Below are positions 29,215 through 39,105 of a stretch of DNA of 64,000 nt, one piece after another (the stretch's first letter is position 1; the number at the start of each line of letters is the position of its first letter). A program made the position numbers and the translations under genes. The stretch is from assembly GCA_040755995.1 (NCBI GenBank), contig JBFMAF010000023.1:192001-256000 (forward strand), in the 5' to 3' direction. Source of the DNA: Acidobacteriota bacterium. Its GTDB lineage: Bacteria; Acidobacteriota; CAIWXX01. The notes under the pieces were generated by a model. It had not been told where the DNA came from, did no database searches, and saw only the letters and a program-made list of their open reading frames with translations.

Positions 29215-29576
29215 GATTCAGGCCAACAAACCAACGATCTACCGGGCCTGCAGCCGGCGAAGATCCGCTGCTTCGATGCCCGCAGCATTCCTCCTGCCTC
29301 GCGACGGATAGCCGATCTTCGCAAGCCGGCGGCGGCGAATCCTCTGTTCCGAGAGCTCAGTGGCACGGCACCCAATGTCCAGATTTCCCACCTGTGCGTC
29401 CGCAATCGCAGACGCAAGATCGTTGCAATCGGGCCGTCGGACGAACTGAAGCGAACCAGCGAACCGGTGGGACTTGAACCGTGCCTCCGATGGGTCTAAG
29501 ATGGCACCGGCGATCGAGGGAACCTGATAAGCCCGCGCCGAAATCATAGTGCACTGGCGAGGCGTGGTTTGCATAC

Positions 29577-32015
29577 ATGAGTAGGTTTGAGGCGGATGTC
29601 AAAGTCCTGGACGTTTCGTATTTCAATCACACGCAGAAGAGGAACGGTGAAGAGGAAAAATTCCCCGTTCTCGAGATATTCGGGCGCACCAGGGAAGGCC
29701 AGAGCATCACGCTGCTCTACCCGCGCTTCTATCCGTACTTCTACATCCTGAATCCGACTGCGCAGGCGCAGAAGGAGCTCTCCGGCGACGCCCGGGTCAG
29801 GGCGGTCGAGCCGGCTGTGCTCCTGCACGATTCCAAGGAGGCACCGGCTCTCAAGGTGACTCTGTATGTACCGGGCGACACGCCGGAGTACCGGGACCGC
29901 TACGGTGGAATCGCCGCCGACATTCTTTTCCGCTTCCGCTTCATGTTCGACATGGATCTGGGCTACTGCATTCACGCGCGCGGAAGCGAGCTTGCGAACC
30001 GGCAGATGGGAGGCCGCACGTACCTCTCTTCGACTCTCGTGCACCTGGAGGAAGCCGGGGAGATCCCGTACTTCACCTCGCCGCTGAACATCCTCTCGTT
30101 CGACATCGAGAACGTCATCGGAGGCGAGATCCTGTGCATCGGCCTGGTCTCTCAGTTCGGCGAGAAGATGGAGACCCGTGTGCTGGACGGGGGCGAGCGG
30201 AAGGTGTTGGAGGACTTCATACGCATCGTCAAGACCGAGGACTACGACATCCTCTCGGGATACAACATCTGCAACTACGACCTGCCGTATATGGAGATGC
30301 GCGCGCAGAAGCTGGGCATCAACATGGATATCGGGCGAAATCTGCGCTCGATGCTCGTCAGGGAAAAAGGCGGCGGCAGCCGGAACGGCGAGAAGCGTTT
30401 TGTCGACAAGGGGACCAGCAAGACCGTCGAGATAGCCGGGCGGGTAGTGGTGGACAGCTGGTACTTCGCGCGCAAGGAGAAGCGTCCGAAGCGCGAGACG
30501 CTTTCAGCAATGGCGCAGATGATCCTGGGCAAAGACAAGCTCCCGATGGACACGTTGAAGCTGAAGGAGGAATGGGCGAAGGACGCCGAGCGCGTGAAGG
30601 AGTATTGCCTGCAGGACACCGTACTATCGCACGAGATTCTGGAAAAGATCCGGGTGGTGCAGAAATACGAGGCGCTTGCATCGGTTGCGCGGTTGTCTCT
30701 GGCCGATGCCTTTTGCGACCGCAACAGCGTGTATATCGATTCGCTGTTCATTCGGGAGGCCGACCGGGAGCACGTGGCGGTGCCCAACATGCGTCGTTCG
30801 ACCAACGGGGATGAGGAATCGATCGAAGGCGGTTACGTGCACCAACCCTCTCCGGGCCTCTATGACCGCGTGATCGTCTTCGACTTCGCGTCGCTGTATC
30901 CGAGTGTCATCCTGGAGAACAACATCTGCGCGACCACCCTCTCGGAGAATGGCACTATCGTGTCTCCGCTGGGGGTTCGCTTCCTGGCTCCTGACGTGAA
31001 GCAGGGGATGCTGCCGCGTATCATGCGGCGCCTGTTGCAGGCCCGCAGGGAGAGCAAGAAGCTGATGAAGCAGGCGGCCAGTCCGGAGGAGAAGGACTTC
31101 TACAACCGGCTGCAAAACGCCCAGAAGATCCTCGCCAATGCGCACTTCGGCGTCTTCAGCTCCAGGTTCTACCGCTTCACCGACCAGCGAATCGGCGGGT
31201 CGATTACAGCTTTCGCCCGGCAGGGCACCAAGGGTCTCATCGAAACGCTGACGAAGGACGGCCACAAGGTCGTCTACTCGGACACAGATTCGCTCTTCGT
31301 CGTCTCCCCGCACACCGACCTGCAGAAGACGATCGAGTTCGGTGAGACGGTCGTGGAGCGGTTCAGCCATGGAGACATTCGTCTGGAGATGGAGAAGGTG
31401 ATGGATCCGCTCTTCCTGAGCTCGGCGAAAAAAAGGTACTTCGGCAAGATCGTCTGGCCGGGCCCCGGCGAGATCTTCGTGCGCGGTTTCGAGACCAGGC
31501 GCGGTGACAGCTTCGACATGCAGACGAAGAGCCTGGAGATGCTATTCGAGTACATCCTGAACCGCGACCCGGACGGTGCCGTCGAATTCTGCCGGCAAGT
31601 CCTCCGCGATCTCGACCAGGGCAATGTTGCCCTTGAAGACCTGGTCATATCGAAGACCGCGGCCGATCCCAACACGTACAAGGTGATCGAGGAGGAGACC
31701 GAGTCATCCCTGTTCGGCGTGAAGACCGTGACGAAGCGCCGTGTGGCCGACAGCCTGCCCATCGTTCAGGCCGTCGAGAAGGCGCAGAACCTCGGCGAAG
31801 TCATCTCGCCCGGGATGAAGGTCAGCTGGATCGTCGTCGACTCCCGCATGACCCCGCAGCGAGTAGAGCCCTACATCGACGGCAAGAAGTTCAACTACAC
31901 GCCCGATTACGAGTACTACCGAGAGCGCCTTCTCGACAGCTACCTGCGCGTGCTCGACGTCTTCGACGTCCGGAGAGATGACCTGGCCGAATCGCGCCAG
32001 CTTTCGCTGTTCTAG
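29577..32015 (+). CDS. polB: Family B DNA polymerase with 3'-5' exonuclease and archaeal-style N-terminal domain
   Basis: Exo motifs FDIE, YNICNYD, YCLQD; polymerase motifs DFASLYPS, KILANAHFG, YSDTDS, KKRY; C-terminal QLSLF. Confidence 0.92.
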   Translation: MSRFEADVKVLDVSYFNHTQKRNGEEEKFPVLEIFGRTREGQSITLLYPRFYPYFYILNPTAQAQKELSGDARVRAVEPAVLLHDSKEAPALKVTLYVPGDTPEYRDRYGGIAADILFRFRFMFDMDLGYCIHARGSELANRQMGGRTYLSSTLVHLEEAGEIPYFTSPLNILSFDIENVIGGEILCIGLVSQFGEKMETRVLDGGERKVLEDFIRIVKTEDYDILSGYNICNYDLPYMEMRAQKLGINMDIGRNLRSMLVREKGGGSRNGEKRFVDKGTSKTVEIAGRVVVDSWYFARKEKRPKRETLSAMAQMILGKDKLPMDTLKLKEEWAKDAERVKEYCLQDTVLSHEILEKIRVVQKYEALASVARLSLADAFCDRNSVYIDSLFIREADREHVAVPNMRRSTNGDEESIEGGYVHQPSPGLYDRVIVFDFASLYPSVILENNICATTLSENGTIVSPLGVRFLAPDVKQGMLPRIMRRLLQARRESKKLMKQAASPEEKDFYNRLQNAQKILANAHFGVFSSRFYRFTDQRIGGSITAFARQGTKGLIETLTKDGHKVVYSDTDSLFVVSPHTDLQKTIEFGETVVERFSHGDIRLEMEKVMDPLFLSSAKKRYFGKIVWPGPGEIFVRGFETRRGDSFDMQTKSLEMLFEYILNRDPDGAVEFCRQVLRDLDQGNVALEDLVISKTAADPNTYKVIEEETESSLFGVKTVTKRRVADSLPIVQAVEKAQNLGEVISPGMKVSWIVVDSRMTPQRVEPYIDGKKFNYTPDYEYYRERLLDSYLRVLDVFDVRRDDLAESRQLSLF

Positions 32016-32392
32016 TCTCCGGAGCGCGTTCGAGCTATTCGGATGCCGAAGGAGTCGAGCCCTGCGCCTTTCACCTTTCGCAGCGTCAAGACGACGGCAC
32101 GAACACCTCCCAGTCGCAGGATCTCGGAGGCGATCGCCCCGCCCAGAGATTCCAGCAGGCGATGCTCGGATCGCCCCGCTACCGCCTGGACAAGATCGAA
32201 GACATGCTGGTAATCGATCGTGTCCTCGATCCGGTCGCTTATCTGCGCGCGGCGAAGATCCCGCTGAATCTCGATAGAGAGCGTGCAGCGAGGCCGGCGA
32301 GACCGCTCGCGGGCCGTCGTGCCCACTCGCGGCCGGATCCGGACGCCCTCCAGGAGAACCATGTCAGCCGGGCCGCGCCGCGACTTCATCAC
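32012..32392 (-). CDS. folB: Dihydroneopterin aldolase
   Basis: VG...ER, SDRIEDTIDY, LLESL, LRK motifs. Start is uncertain. Confidence 0.85.
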   Translation of the reverse strand: MMKSRRGPADMVLLEGVRIRPRVGTTARERSRRPRCTLSIEIQRDLRRAQISDRIEDTIDYQHVFDLVQAVAGRSEHRLLESLGGAIASEILRLGGVRAVVLTLRKVKGAGLDSFGIRIARTRSGD

Positions 32393-32447
32393 TCGGGTCC
32401 GCCCGGCGGCCGCAGCGCGCCCGCACGCGCTGCCGTTGTCTCAAGGT

Positions 32448-32687
32448 CTAGCGCTTCGGAGTGCATCCTGCGCAGCTCGATGCGGAGCATCCGGCGCAGC
32501 CTCCGCCCATCGAGGACGTGAACGTACTCTTTCCACCAGAGGACACGCTTTTCATTCCGAAGACGGAGAACTCGCGACTATTATTGAAGCCGCCGCACTT
32601 GGGGCAGGCGATCGCTTCGTTCCTGCTCATTACCAGCATCTCGAACTTGACCTTGCAGTCCTCGCAAACGTACTCGTAAATCGGCAT
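32448..32687 (-). CDS. FmdB-family zinc-ribbon protein
   Basis: MPIYEYVCEDC...CPKCG plus a Cys-rich tail; AGGAG RBS. Confidence 0.88.
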   Translation of the reverse strand: MPIYEYVCEDCKVKFEMLVMSRNEAIACPKCGGFNNSREFSVFGMKSVSSGGKSTFTSSMGGGCAGCSASSCAGCTPKR

Positions 32688-32935
32688 CTACAACTCCTAC
32701 GATGAATCTAGCACAGCTCTGCGCCAAGTCAATCGACCCTGCTCCCTCGGCGAATCACGGGACAGCTGCGCCCGATTGCCGGCCGACAATATGCGTGGAC
32801 ATCGCGCTCGGCCGGTTGTACAGTGTTGCGGTGCATACCGCGTTCGCCCGACCGGGAGGAGACAGGCTCTCGGCTATTCGACCGCGGCGGCGCGTCTGAT
32901 TGATGGCACCCGACGAATGAGCAGGAGGCAACGCG

Positions 32936-33658
32936 TTGAGCAAGATCAAAAGGCCGGCTTTCGTACTCGCAGTCATGACAGCCCTCGCCGGGGTCGCATC
33001 GGCCCAGAACATGAACGAACTGTCCGACCAGGAGGTGTCTAATCGCCTCACTTACATTCAGACCGTCCTGAACGAGGGGCAGACAAAGGCCAAGGTCTGG
33101 TGGTACGGTTGGCTTGTGGGATACACGGGTGCCACGGCCGGCCAGATGGCGTTCTACGCCGCCACGGATGAGCAGAAGACAAAGCAGGACATGGCCGCTG
33201 GGGCCGGCACCACGGCCCTCGGGGCCGTCGGGTTGCTCATCATGCCCATGGATCCAGCCCGGCTGCCCAATGATCTTCGCGCGATCCCAGCCGACACACC
33301 CGAGGCGCGGCGGGCCAAGCTGGCCACGGCAGAGAGCTACCTCCGCCGGAGCGCTGCGCGCGAGGCGAGCGGGCGATCGTGGAAGGTCCACGCACTCGCG
33401 GCGGCGGTCAACCTCGGAGCCGGCCTTGCTATCGGCCTTCGGCACGATCGCCCATTCTCCGACGGCCTGATCACATTCGCCGTCGGGCAACTGGTTTCTG
33501 AGGCTCAGATATTCACGCAGCCGAGAAGGGCGATTCGTGACCTCCGGGAATATGAGGGGCGGTCTGACTGGAGCAGTGCGAGCGTTCGGAGCGAGGCGCC
33601 TCGCGAGTGGTACATCGGAGCTTCTCCGTCGGGATTCGTCGTCGGGCTCAGGTTCTGA
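32936..33658 (+). CDS. Hypothetical exported/membrane protein
   Basis: AGGAGG RBS, TTG start, signal peptide ending ASA-Q, C-terminal Phe. Confidence 0.7.
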   Translation: MSKIKRPAFVLAVMTALAGVASAQNMNELSDQEVSNRLTYIQTVLNEGQTKAKVWWYGWLVGYTGATAGQMAFYAATDEQKTKQDMAAGAGTTALGAVGLLIMPMDPARLPNDLRAIPADTPEARRAKLATAESYLRRSAAREASGRSWKVHALAAAVNLGAGLAIGLRHDRPFSDGLITFAVGQLVSEAQIFTQPRRAIRDLREYEGRSDWSSASVRSEAPREWYIGASPSGFVVGLRF

Positions 33659-33662
33659 GGGA

Positions 33663-35222
33663 CTATTGGCCGCGTGAAGATCCCTTTGTAAGCACACGTG
33701 CGCGAATCAGGCGCACGCCATGAACGCTCTTCTGGTAGGATCTTGCGAGGTCGGCGGCCGGGGTGTCGCCGGCAGGCAACCAGAAGAATCCTCCGAGCCT
33801 GTGAACCAATTTGGCCCTGACCGGCTGCATTGTCGCCGGGTCGCCGGGCTGGATGTTCTCGACCCGGATGCCGGATTCGGTGCCGACGTACTCGATCAGC
33901 GCGCTTGTCTCGATCAATCCGTACGGATCCGCACCTCGCACGTAGTAGACCTTGTTCAAGCCGAGGGATTGCTGGGCCAGCTCGGCGCAGATATCGCGCG
34001 ATTCCGCCCTGAGAAACAGAACAGGAACATCAATGGGGAAGACATCCACGATCCGGCGGGCTTCGTCTAGCAGACGCTGACTCCTTTCGGAGATGCGCGC
34101 GTAGTCAGCGACCTCGGCCCGGGCCACGTTGAGGCCGGCAATACCAACAAGCCCCGCGAGTGCGAGCAAGAGAGCTGTCACCCACCGAGAATGCTGTGCG
34201 GCCGTTTCAGCGAGGCTCGCGGCGAGAAGCAGGAAACCGAGATAAGGAATCGCGATGTATCGCGTGGGCATGTAGGGTATCAGCGCTACTGGAATGAGCG
34301 GGAGTAGTAGTAGACAAAGCCCGAGTGCGCCCGGGGCAGAACGTGACCGAAGCGCGTACCATCCCGCCAGAAGGACCACCAAAGTGGCGAGCAATCCCTT
34401 CCATCCGACGGGGAAACCGACGGGCACTGGCTCCTGCATCTGAAGGAAGGCGGAGAAGAGGTGCGGGATCTTCGCCATTGGGGCGATGTCGTATTCGTAG
34501 GTCCTCCATTGTTCGCGCGGTTCCGTGGGCAGGTAGAGAACAAGGTATGCGACGAGGGCGATCAGAAAAGGCGCCATCGCACGAAGCGACTTTCTCCACG
34601 ACGAGCCGTGGTGAAAACGTTCGAGGACTAATGCGATCGCCGGAGTGACTACCCAGGTCTCCTTGCTGCAGATCGCCATGGCCGTCGACACGCCGGCAAG
34701 TGCAATCCGCGCGCGCGACCAATCTTCTCCCGATCGTGGCCAGGCCGCCGCGAGGCCAAGCAACCCGAGCGCGAGCAGGGCGTCGGCGAGCATCGCTGGT
34801 TGGGTCGCTATCTCGATGGAGTAAGGTGAAGTCACCCAGAGCAGAGCGACACAGAGTGCTGTGACGTGGTGAAGCCGCAGCCGCATAGAGGCCAGTAGAA
34901 GCAGTATCCCGTTGGCGGAATGCACGAGGAGGTTGTCGAGCCGATAACCCAGGGGATTGATCCCCCAGAGCGCCCGGTCGATCAGGAACACGAGCGTGGT
35001 GGACGGCCTGAAGTAGTTGCCCATTCGAGAGAAGAACAGGTCGGGCCTGTCCGGAACGCGTCTCGTATACTGTATCCACTCATAGTCATCTCCGACGAGC
35101 GCCATGTGTAGAGTGGGAGCGAGGAGTGCAAACACGGCAAGCGGGATGACCGCAGCGCACAGCAGCCCGATGAGCCTTCGCGACGAAGCCGCGGGAGGCG
35201 TCAATCGCTGCACCGTGGCCAT
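33663..35222 (-). CDS. Multi-pass membrane protein, GT-C/ArnT-like
   Basis: GDDY, YFRP, NLLVH, SKE motifs; about 10 TM segments. Start inferred at ATG 35222, just after TAGAAT. Confidence 0.65.
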   Translation of the reverse strand: MATVQRLTPPAASSRRLIGLLCAAVIPLAVFALLAPTLHMALVGDDYEWIQYTRRVPDRPDLFFSRMGNYFRPSTTLVFLIDRALWGINPLGYRLDNLLVHSANGILLLLASMRLRLHHVTALCVALLWVTSPYSIEIATQPAMLADALLALGLLGLAAAWPRSGEDWSRARIALAGVSTAMAICSKETWVVTPAIALVLERFHHGSSWRKSLRAMAPFLIALVAYLVLYLPTEPREQWRTYEYDIAPMAKIPHLFSAFLQMQEPVPVGFPVGWKGLLATLVVLLAGWYALRSRSAPGALGLCLLLLPLIPVALIPYMPTRYIAIPYLGFLLLAASLAETAAQHSRWVTALLLALAGLVGIAGLNVARAEVADYARISERSQRLLDEARRIVDVFPIDVPVLFLRAESRDICAELAQQSLGLNKVYYVRGADPYGLIETSALIEYVGTESGIRVENIQPGDPATMQPVRAKLVHRLGGFFWLPAGDTPAADLARSYQKSVHGVRLIRARVLTKGSSRGQ

Positions 35223-35496
35223 CGGCGCCCATTCTATACAGCGCGTCATGAGTCCACAACAGATGGTATGTACCTCCGGGTCATGTTCGTAGCTGTGAAC
35301 GGAGCCCGCACGCGCCCTGCCGACTTCAACCGCGTAGGCAGCGTGGCGCCCGGCAATGGCCGCGCGCAGCAGCCCGCATCCGCGGTATTCCCGACGGCCC
35401 TTGAGGGACGCCCCACACAGTGGCACAATGATACCGGTGGACATGTGGGAGAGGAAGTCGAAGGGGTGACCTACGCAAGTCGGGAGGCGAGAGCCA

Positions 35497-36033
35497 ATGG
35501 GGGGTGAGGCTGGCGTCGAGCCGGAGGAGACGGTTTGCCCACTCCCTGAGGTTGCCGAGTGGGCGGTGGCCTGGACCAAGGCGCGCGCGGAGAAGACGTT
35601 CGTGAAGTACCTGGACGGCTTGGGCGTCAAGTCGTATCTCCCGCTGGCCCGCAAGCGCCGAGTCTACGGGAGGCACATACGGCAGTCGCTGCTGCCGTTG
35701 TTTCCAGGGTACGTCTTCTACGACGCCACCGGGATTGACCGGCGCGGGGTGTTCGAATCGAGGAAGGTGGCGCAGATCCTGCGCACGGAGGAGCAGGAGA
35801 GGCTGAAGGAGGAGCTGGCGAGCCTCTCGCTCGCCCTCGCGCAGCAGCCGCTGCTCCACAATGTTCCATTCGATGTCTCCGGCACGCCCGTGCGCGTGGT
35901 CGGCGGCCCGTTCAAGGATGTGCGCGGCGAGTTCATCCGCCGCAAGAAGGGCGACATGCTGGTCGTCAAGATCACACTGCTCCAGCGCGCCGTCGAGATG
36001 GAGATCGATGAGGCGTACGTGGAGAGAGTCTAG
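35497..36033 (+). CDS. NusG paralog (RfaH/UpxY/LoaP-like antiterminator)
   Basis: WAVAWTKARAEK, YLP, PLFPGYVF (NGN domain) and GTPVRVVGGPF (KOW domain); not in a secE-nusG-rplK context. Confidence 0.9.
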   Translation: MGGEAGVEPEETVCPLPEVAEWAVAWTKARAEKTFVKYLDGLGVKSYLPLARKRRVYGRHIRQSLLPLFPGYVFYDATGIDRRGVFESRKVAQILRTEEQERLKEELASLSLALAQQPLLHNVPFDVSGTPVRVVGGPFKDVRGEFIRRKKGDMLVVKITLLQRAVEMEIDEAYVERV

Positions 36034-36076
36034 AAGATTTCAGGTTGCTGTCGTTGATGAACCATCTACTCGGCCG

Positions 36077-36994
36077 ATGGTGATCATGGACGCGCACTCT
36101 ACGGCGGTAACTATCCTGACCGAGCTGGATCAGACCGCCCGGGGCGTTGCGATCGGGCAGTTTCTGGCGGAAATGACCTACCGCGAGGCGAAGCAGATTC
36201 TCGGCCCGGCAGGCATAGACGTCCTGGTGCTCAAGGGCCCACACCTCGGCAACACGGTCTACGATTCACCAGCCGAACGCCCGTACTGCGACCTGGACCT
36301 GCTAGTCAGGCCGCGGGACCACCGCAAGGCGATCGAGCTTCTGACGCAGGGGCGCTTCACGCTCGCCGACTGGGATCCCGCTCGACTGGCTACCGAGCGC
36401 ACCTACTACAACCGGGCGCTGCGCTCGCGCTTCGGCGTGCTGGTCGAGTTGCACCGAGACCTCGCCGGGCACGCCCGCTATCCCGTCGACGTGGATGCGC
36501 TCTTCTCCCGCGCGGAATCCTTTCGGTTCGGCGAGACCGATGCGCGCGGACTCGGCACAGAAGATCTTCTCTGCCACCTGTGCCTCCACATCACGAAGAC
36601 TTACTTCTGGCTGGTCCAGCCGAAGCATCTCGAGGACATCAGGCTGCTGGTCGGCCGGCGGACGATAGACTGGGAGGTGCTGTCTGAGCGGATCGAGCAG
36701 ACGCGCTGCCGCGTCGGATCGTACTACTGCTTCATGTCGGCGAGTGAGAAGCTCGGTGTAGACGTCCCACGCTGGGTATTGGAGGCACTGAGGCCCGGCC
36801 CGGTCCGTAGATGGTGGCTGGAACGATTCATCGACTGGCGGAACTGGCCGTCGTACAAGTACCCCGCGCACTCATCCGCGCAGGTACAGTGGCGCGTGGG
36901 CATTCCATTGATCGATCGAGTGAAGGACTGGGTCCCGTTCACACTGACGTACGCATCCATCAGGCTCAAGGACGCCGCCTGTCGCCTGCGGTGA
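36077..36994 (+). CDS. Nucleotidyltransferase family protein (NTP_transf_5-like)
   Basis: VLVLKGP, R...DLDLLV, VELH, LCHLCLH, DI motifs. Start is approximate. Confidence 0.82.
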   Translation: MVIMDAHSTAVTILTELDQTARGVAIGQFLAEMTYREAKQILGPAGIDVLVLKGPHLGNTVYDSPAERPYCDLDLLVRPRDHRKAIELLTQGRFTLADWDPARLATERTYYNRALRSRFGVLVELHRDLAGHARYPVDVDALFSRAESFRFGETDARGLGTEDLLCHLCLHITKTYFWLVQPKHLEDIRLLVGRRTIDWEVLSERIEQTRCRVGSYYCFMSASEKLGVDVPRWVLEALRPGPVRRWWLERFIDWRNWPSYKYPAHSSAQVQWRVGIPLIDRVKDWVPFTLTYASIRLKDAACRLR

Positions 36995-37006
36995 AAGCGG
37001 GGGCGG

Positions 37007-38836
37007 CTATCCGCGCTCTTGCATCTGCGCTATCCACGATGTTGCGTAGCGTCCTCCTGCGGAAAGCAGCTCCGCGTGGGTGCCACATTCAACCACGCGG
37101 CCCTGCTGCATCACATGGATGATGTCCGCCCGCATCGCGGTGGTGAAGCGGTGCGTGATGAGGAGGGTCGTGCGGCCTGCTGCCAGATCGCGAAAGCGGT
37201 CCATCCACGATGCCTCGGCCCAGGAGTCCATGGCGCTGGTCGGCTCGTCGAGAAGCATGATGGGAGCCTGGCGGAGGAATGCGCGTGCGAGCGCCAGCCG
37301 GTGCCACTCGCCTACGCTCAGCTCCGTCCCGCCGGCGAACCACTTCCCGAGCAGGGTGTCATATCCTTCAGGTAGACGCGCCACTGGACCATCGGCACCG
37401 GCCGCGCGTGCCGCGGCTTCAATCGCCTGTCGCGACGGCGCGCCGGCCAGGTCGCCAAGGGCGATGTTCTCGGCGACCGACGCGCTGTACTGGACGGGTT
37501 CCTGGAAGAGCACTGCAACAAGCCGCCGCAGCTCGGGGACGGAGAGGGTGCGGATGTCGACGCCGTCGAGCTCCACGCCGCCCTGTTCCGGATCGTACAG
37601 GCGGCAGACGAGCTTGATCAGGGTTGTCTTCCCCGCTCCGTTCTCGCCGACCACGGCCACCATCTTCCCAGCAGGGATGAAGAGGTCGAGGCCGCGGAGC
37701 ACGTCACGTCGGCCGTTCGGATAACGGAAGGTGACGTTCTTGAAGGCGATGCCGTGGCGCAGAACGGTGGGCGCAGGCCGTGGCTGCCTCGGATCCCTGA
37801 TCCGCGTTTCGAGCCCCAGGAACTCGAAGAGGTCTCCCAGGAATAGTGTGTTGCCGTAGATCTGGCCGAGGTTATGGAGCAGGTTGCTCATCAGCCCCTG
37901 TCCTCGGGTGAAGGCCTGGTAGAAGAAGGCGAGGACGCCGAGGCTGATCTCCCCGAGAATCGCGCGCCAGACCATCCACCCCATGGCACCGGCTGTTATG
38001 AGCAGACCGAAGACAGCTGCCGACAGCTCCCCCAGCCCTGCCGCCCTCTCCAGCCGGAGACTCTCCTTGCGCAGGCGGCCGCGCACACCCCTGTAGGCTT
38101 GCATGAAGTAGTCGCCGAGGGCCATGATGCGGATCTCGGAGGCCGGCACGACGTTCGTGAGGAGCCAGTTGTAGTACCATGCGCGGCGCTCGTCGGCAGT
38201 CATGCGCACGCGAGACTCGTGCATCCTCGCCCCGTGCCGCAGGACCACGTAGAGGGCGGGTACGGTGCTGATCAACAGCACCACAGGCAGCCAGGCACCG
38301 AGCGGTATCAGCACCGCGGTCATCGCGATCAAAGTGATCATATTCTGGAAGATCGCGCCGGCCTGTTCGATGAGCGTGACGGGACGGTATTGGGCCTCCT
38401 GCTGAGCCCGGAACATGTGGTCATGGTACTCCGGGGATTCGTAGTAGGCCATGTCGACCGAGATGGACTTCTGGTGGATCAGGCCTGCGATGTGGTCCTT
38501 GACGAGCTCGGCCTGCTGGGTACGCGTCCATTCGATGAGGCCTTCAGCGATCTCGTCCAGCAGCATCACGGCGGCTACGGCCGCCACGCAGAGCAGAAGC
38601 GGCCGGGCGGCCGGCCAGATCGTCCCGGCGCCCATCACCGCCACCAGGTCGTCCACGAGTATCCTGGTCAGGTAGACGGTTGCTATCGGCAGGAGCCCCT
38701 GGATCACGAGGAGTCCCGTCCATAGAAACATCCACCTCCCGGCGCCGGCCCAGACAAGCCGGAGTGCCCGGGGGATATAGGGCAGGTGGGCAAGGAATCT
38801 GCGGAACAACCCTGCGGCAGACTGATTGACAGCCAT
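37007..38836 (-). CDS. ABC exporter, fused permease and ATPase
   Basis: N-terminal TMD; GENGAGKTT; LSVGEW; LLDEPT; ITHR. Confidence 0.92.
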   Translation of the reverse strand: MAVNQSAAGLFRRFLAHLPYIPRALRLVWAGAGRWMFLWTGLLVIQGLLPIATVYLTRILVDDLVAVMGAGTIWPAARPLLLCVAAVAAVMLLDEIAEGLIEWTRTQQAELVKDHIAGLIHQKSISVDMAYYESPEYHDHMFRAQQEAQYRPVTLIEQAGAIFQNMITLIAMTAVLIPLGAWLPVVLLISTVPALYVVLRHGARMHESRVRMTADERRAWYYNWLLTNVVPASEIRIMALGDYFMQAYRGVRGRLRKESLRLERAAGLGELSAAVFGLLITAGAMGWMVWRAILGEISLGVLAFFYQAFTRGQGLMSNLLHNLGQIYGNTLFLGDLFEFLGLETRIRDPRQPRPAPTVLRHGIAFKNVTFRYPNGRRDVLRGLDLFIPAGKMVAVVGENGAGKTTLIKLVCRLYDPEQGGVELDGVDIRTLSVPELRRLVAVLFQEPVQYSASVAENIALGDLAGAPSRQAIEAAARAAGADGPVARLPEGYDTLLGKWFAGGTELSVGEWHRLALARAFLRQAPIMLLDEPTSAMDSWAEASWMDRFRDLAAGRTTLLITHRFTTAMRADIIHVMQQGRVVECGTHAELLSAGGRYATSWIAQMQERG

Positions 38837-38925
38837 GCCCCCTAGTATCACCCAGAATCGCTCCGCATGGAAATAGGCGATCACGGAATTCGGCGGACCA
38901 GGCTGAATTCGAGGGAAAGTTTATG

Positions 38926-38953
38926 TTGACAAATCGGTATTCGCGTGCATACT
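38926..38953 (+). promoter_or_regulatory. Putative sigma70 promoter of the EPS locus
   Basis: TTGACA-N16-CATACT in an AT-rich intergenic region. Confidence 0.55.
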
Positions 38954-38977
38954 TAGGAGAAATAAAGAGTCTGAATC

Positions 38978-38989
38978 GGCGGTAGATTG
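38978..38989 (+). promoter_or_regulatory. ops-like element GGCGGTAGATTG
   Basis: Exact match to the RfaH ops consensus GGCGGTAGnnTG, in the leader of a polysaccharide-export operon. Confidence 0.55.
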
Positions 38990-39105
38990 GAGCACGGGAA
39001 GCAGCAACAGGGCAAGCGGATTGATGGCACGGCATCTCGATTTCGAGTGTGCTGTCGGATCACCAGCAATCGCGAGTGGTGGTCACGGAGCATAAGGAGG
39101 GAAAC

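Noticed and set aside
29443..29479. Four GAAC words upstream of polB as a LexA box
   Set aside because: Spacings are 6, 4 and 11 nt, fitting neither GAAC-N7-GAAC nor the palindromic GAAC-N4-GTTC.
27442..32015. Prophage, casposon or pipolin around polB
   Set aside because: No integrase, Cas1, capsid, terminal repeats or tRNA target seen; polB abuts housekeeping folB.
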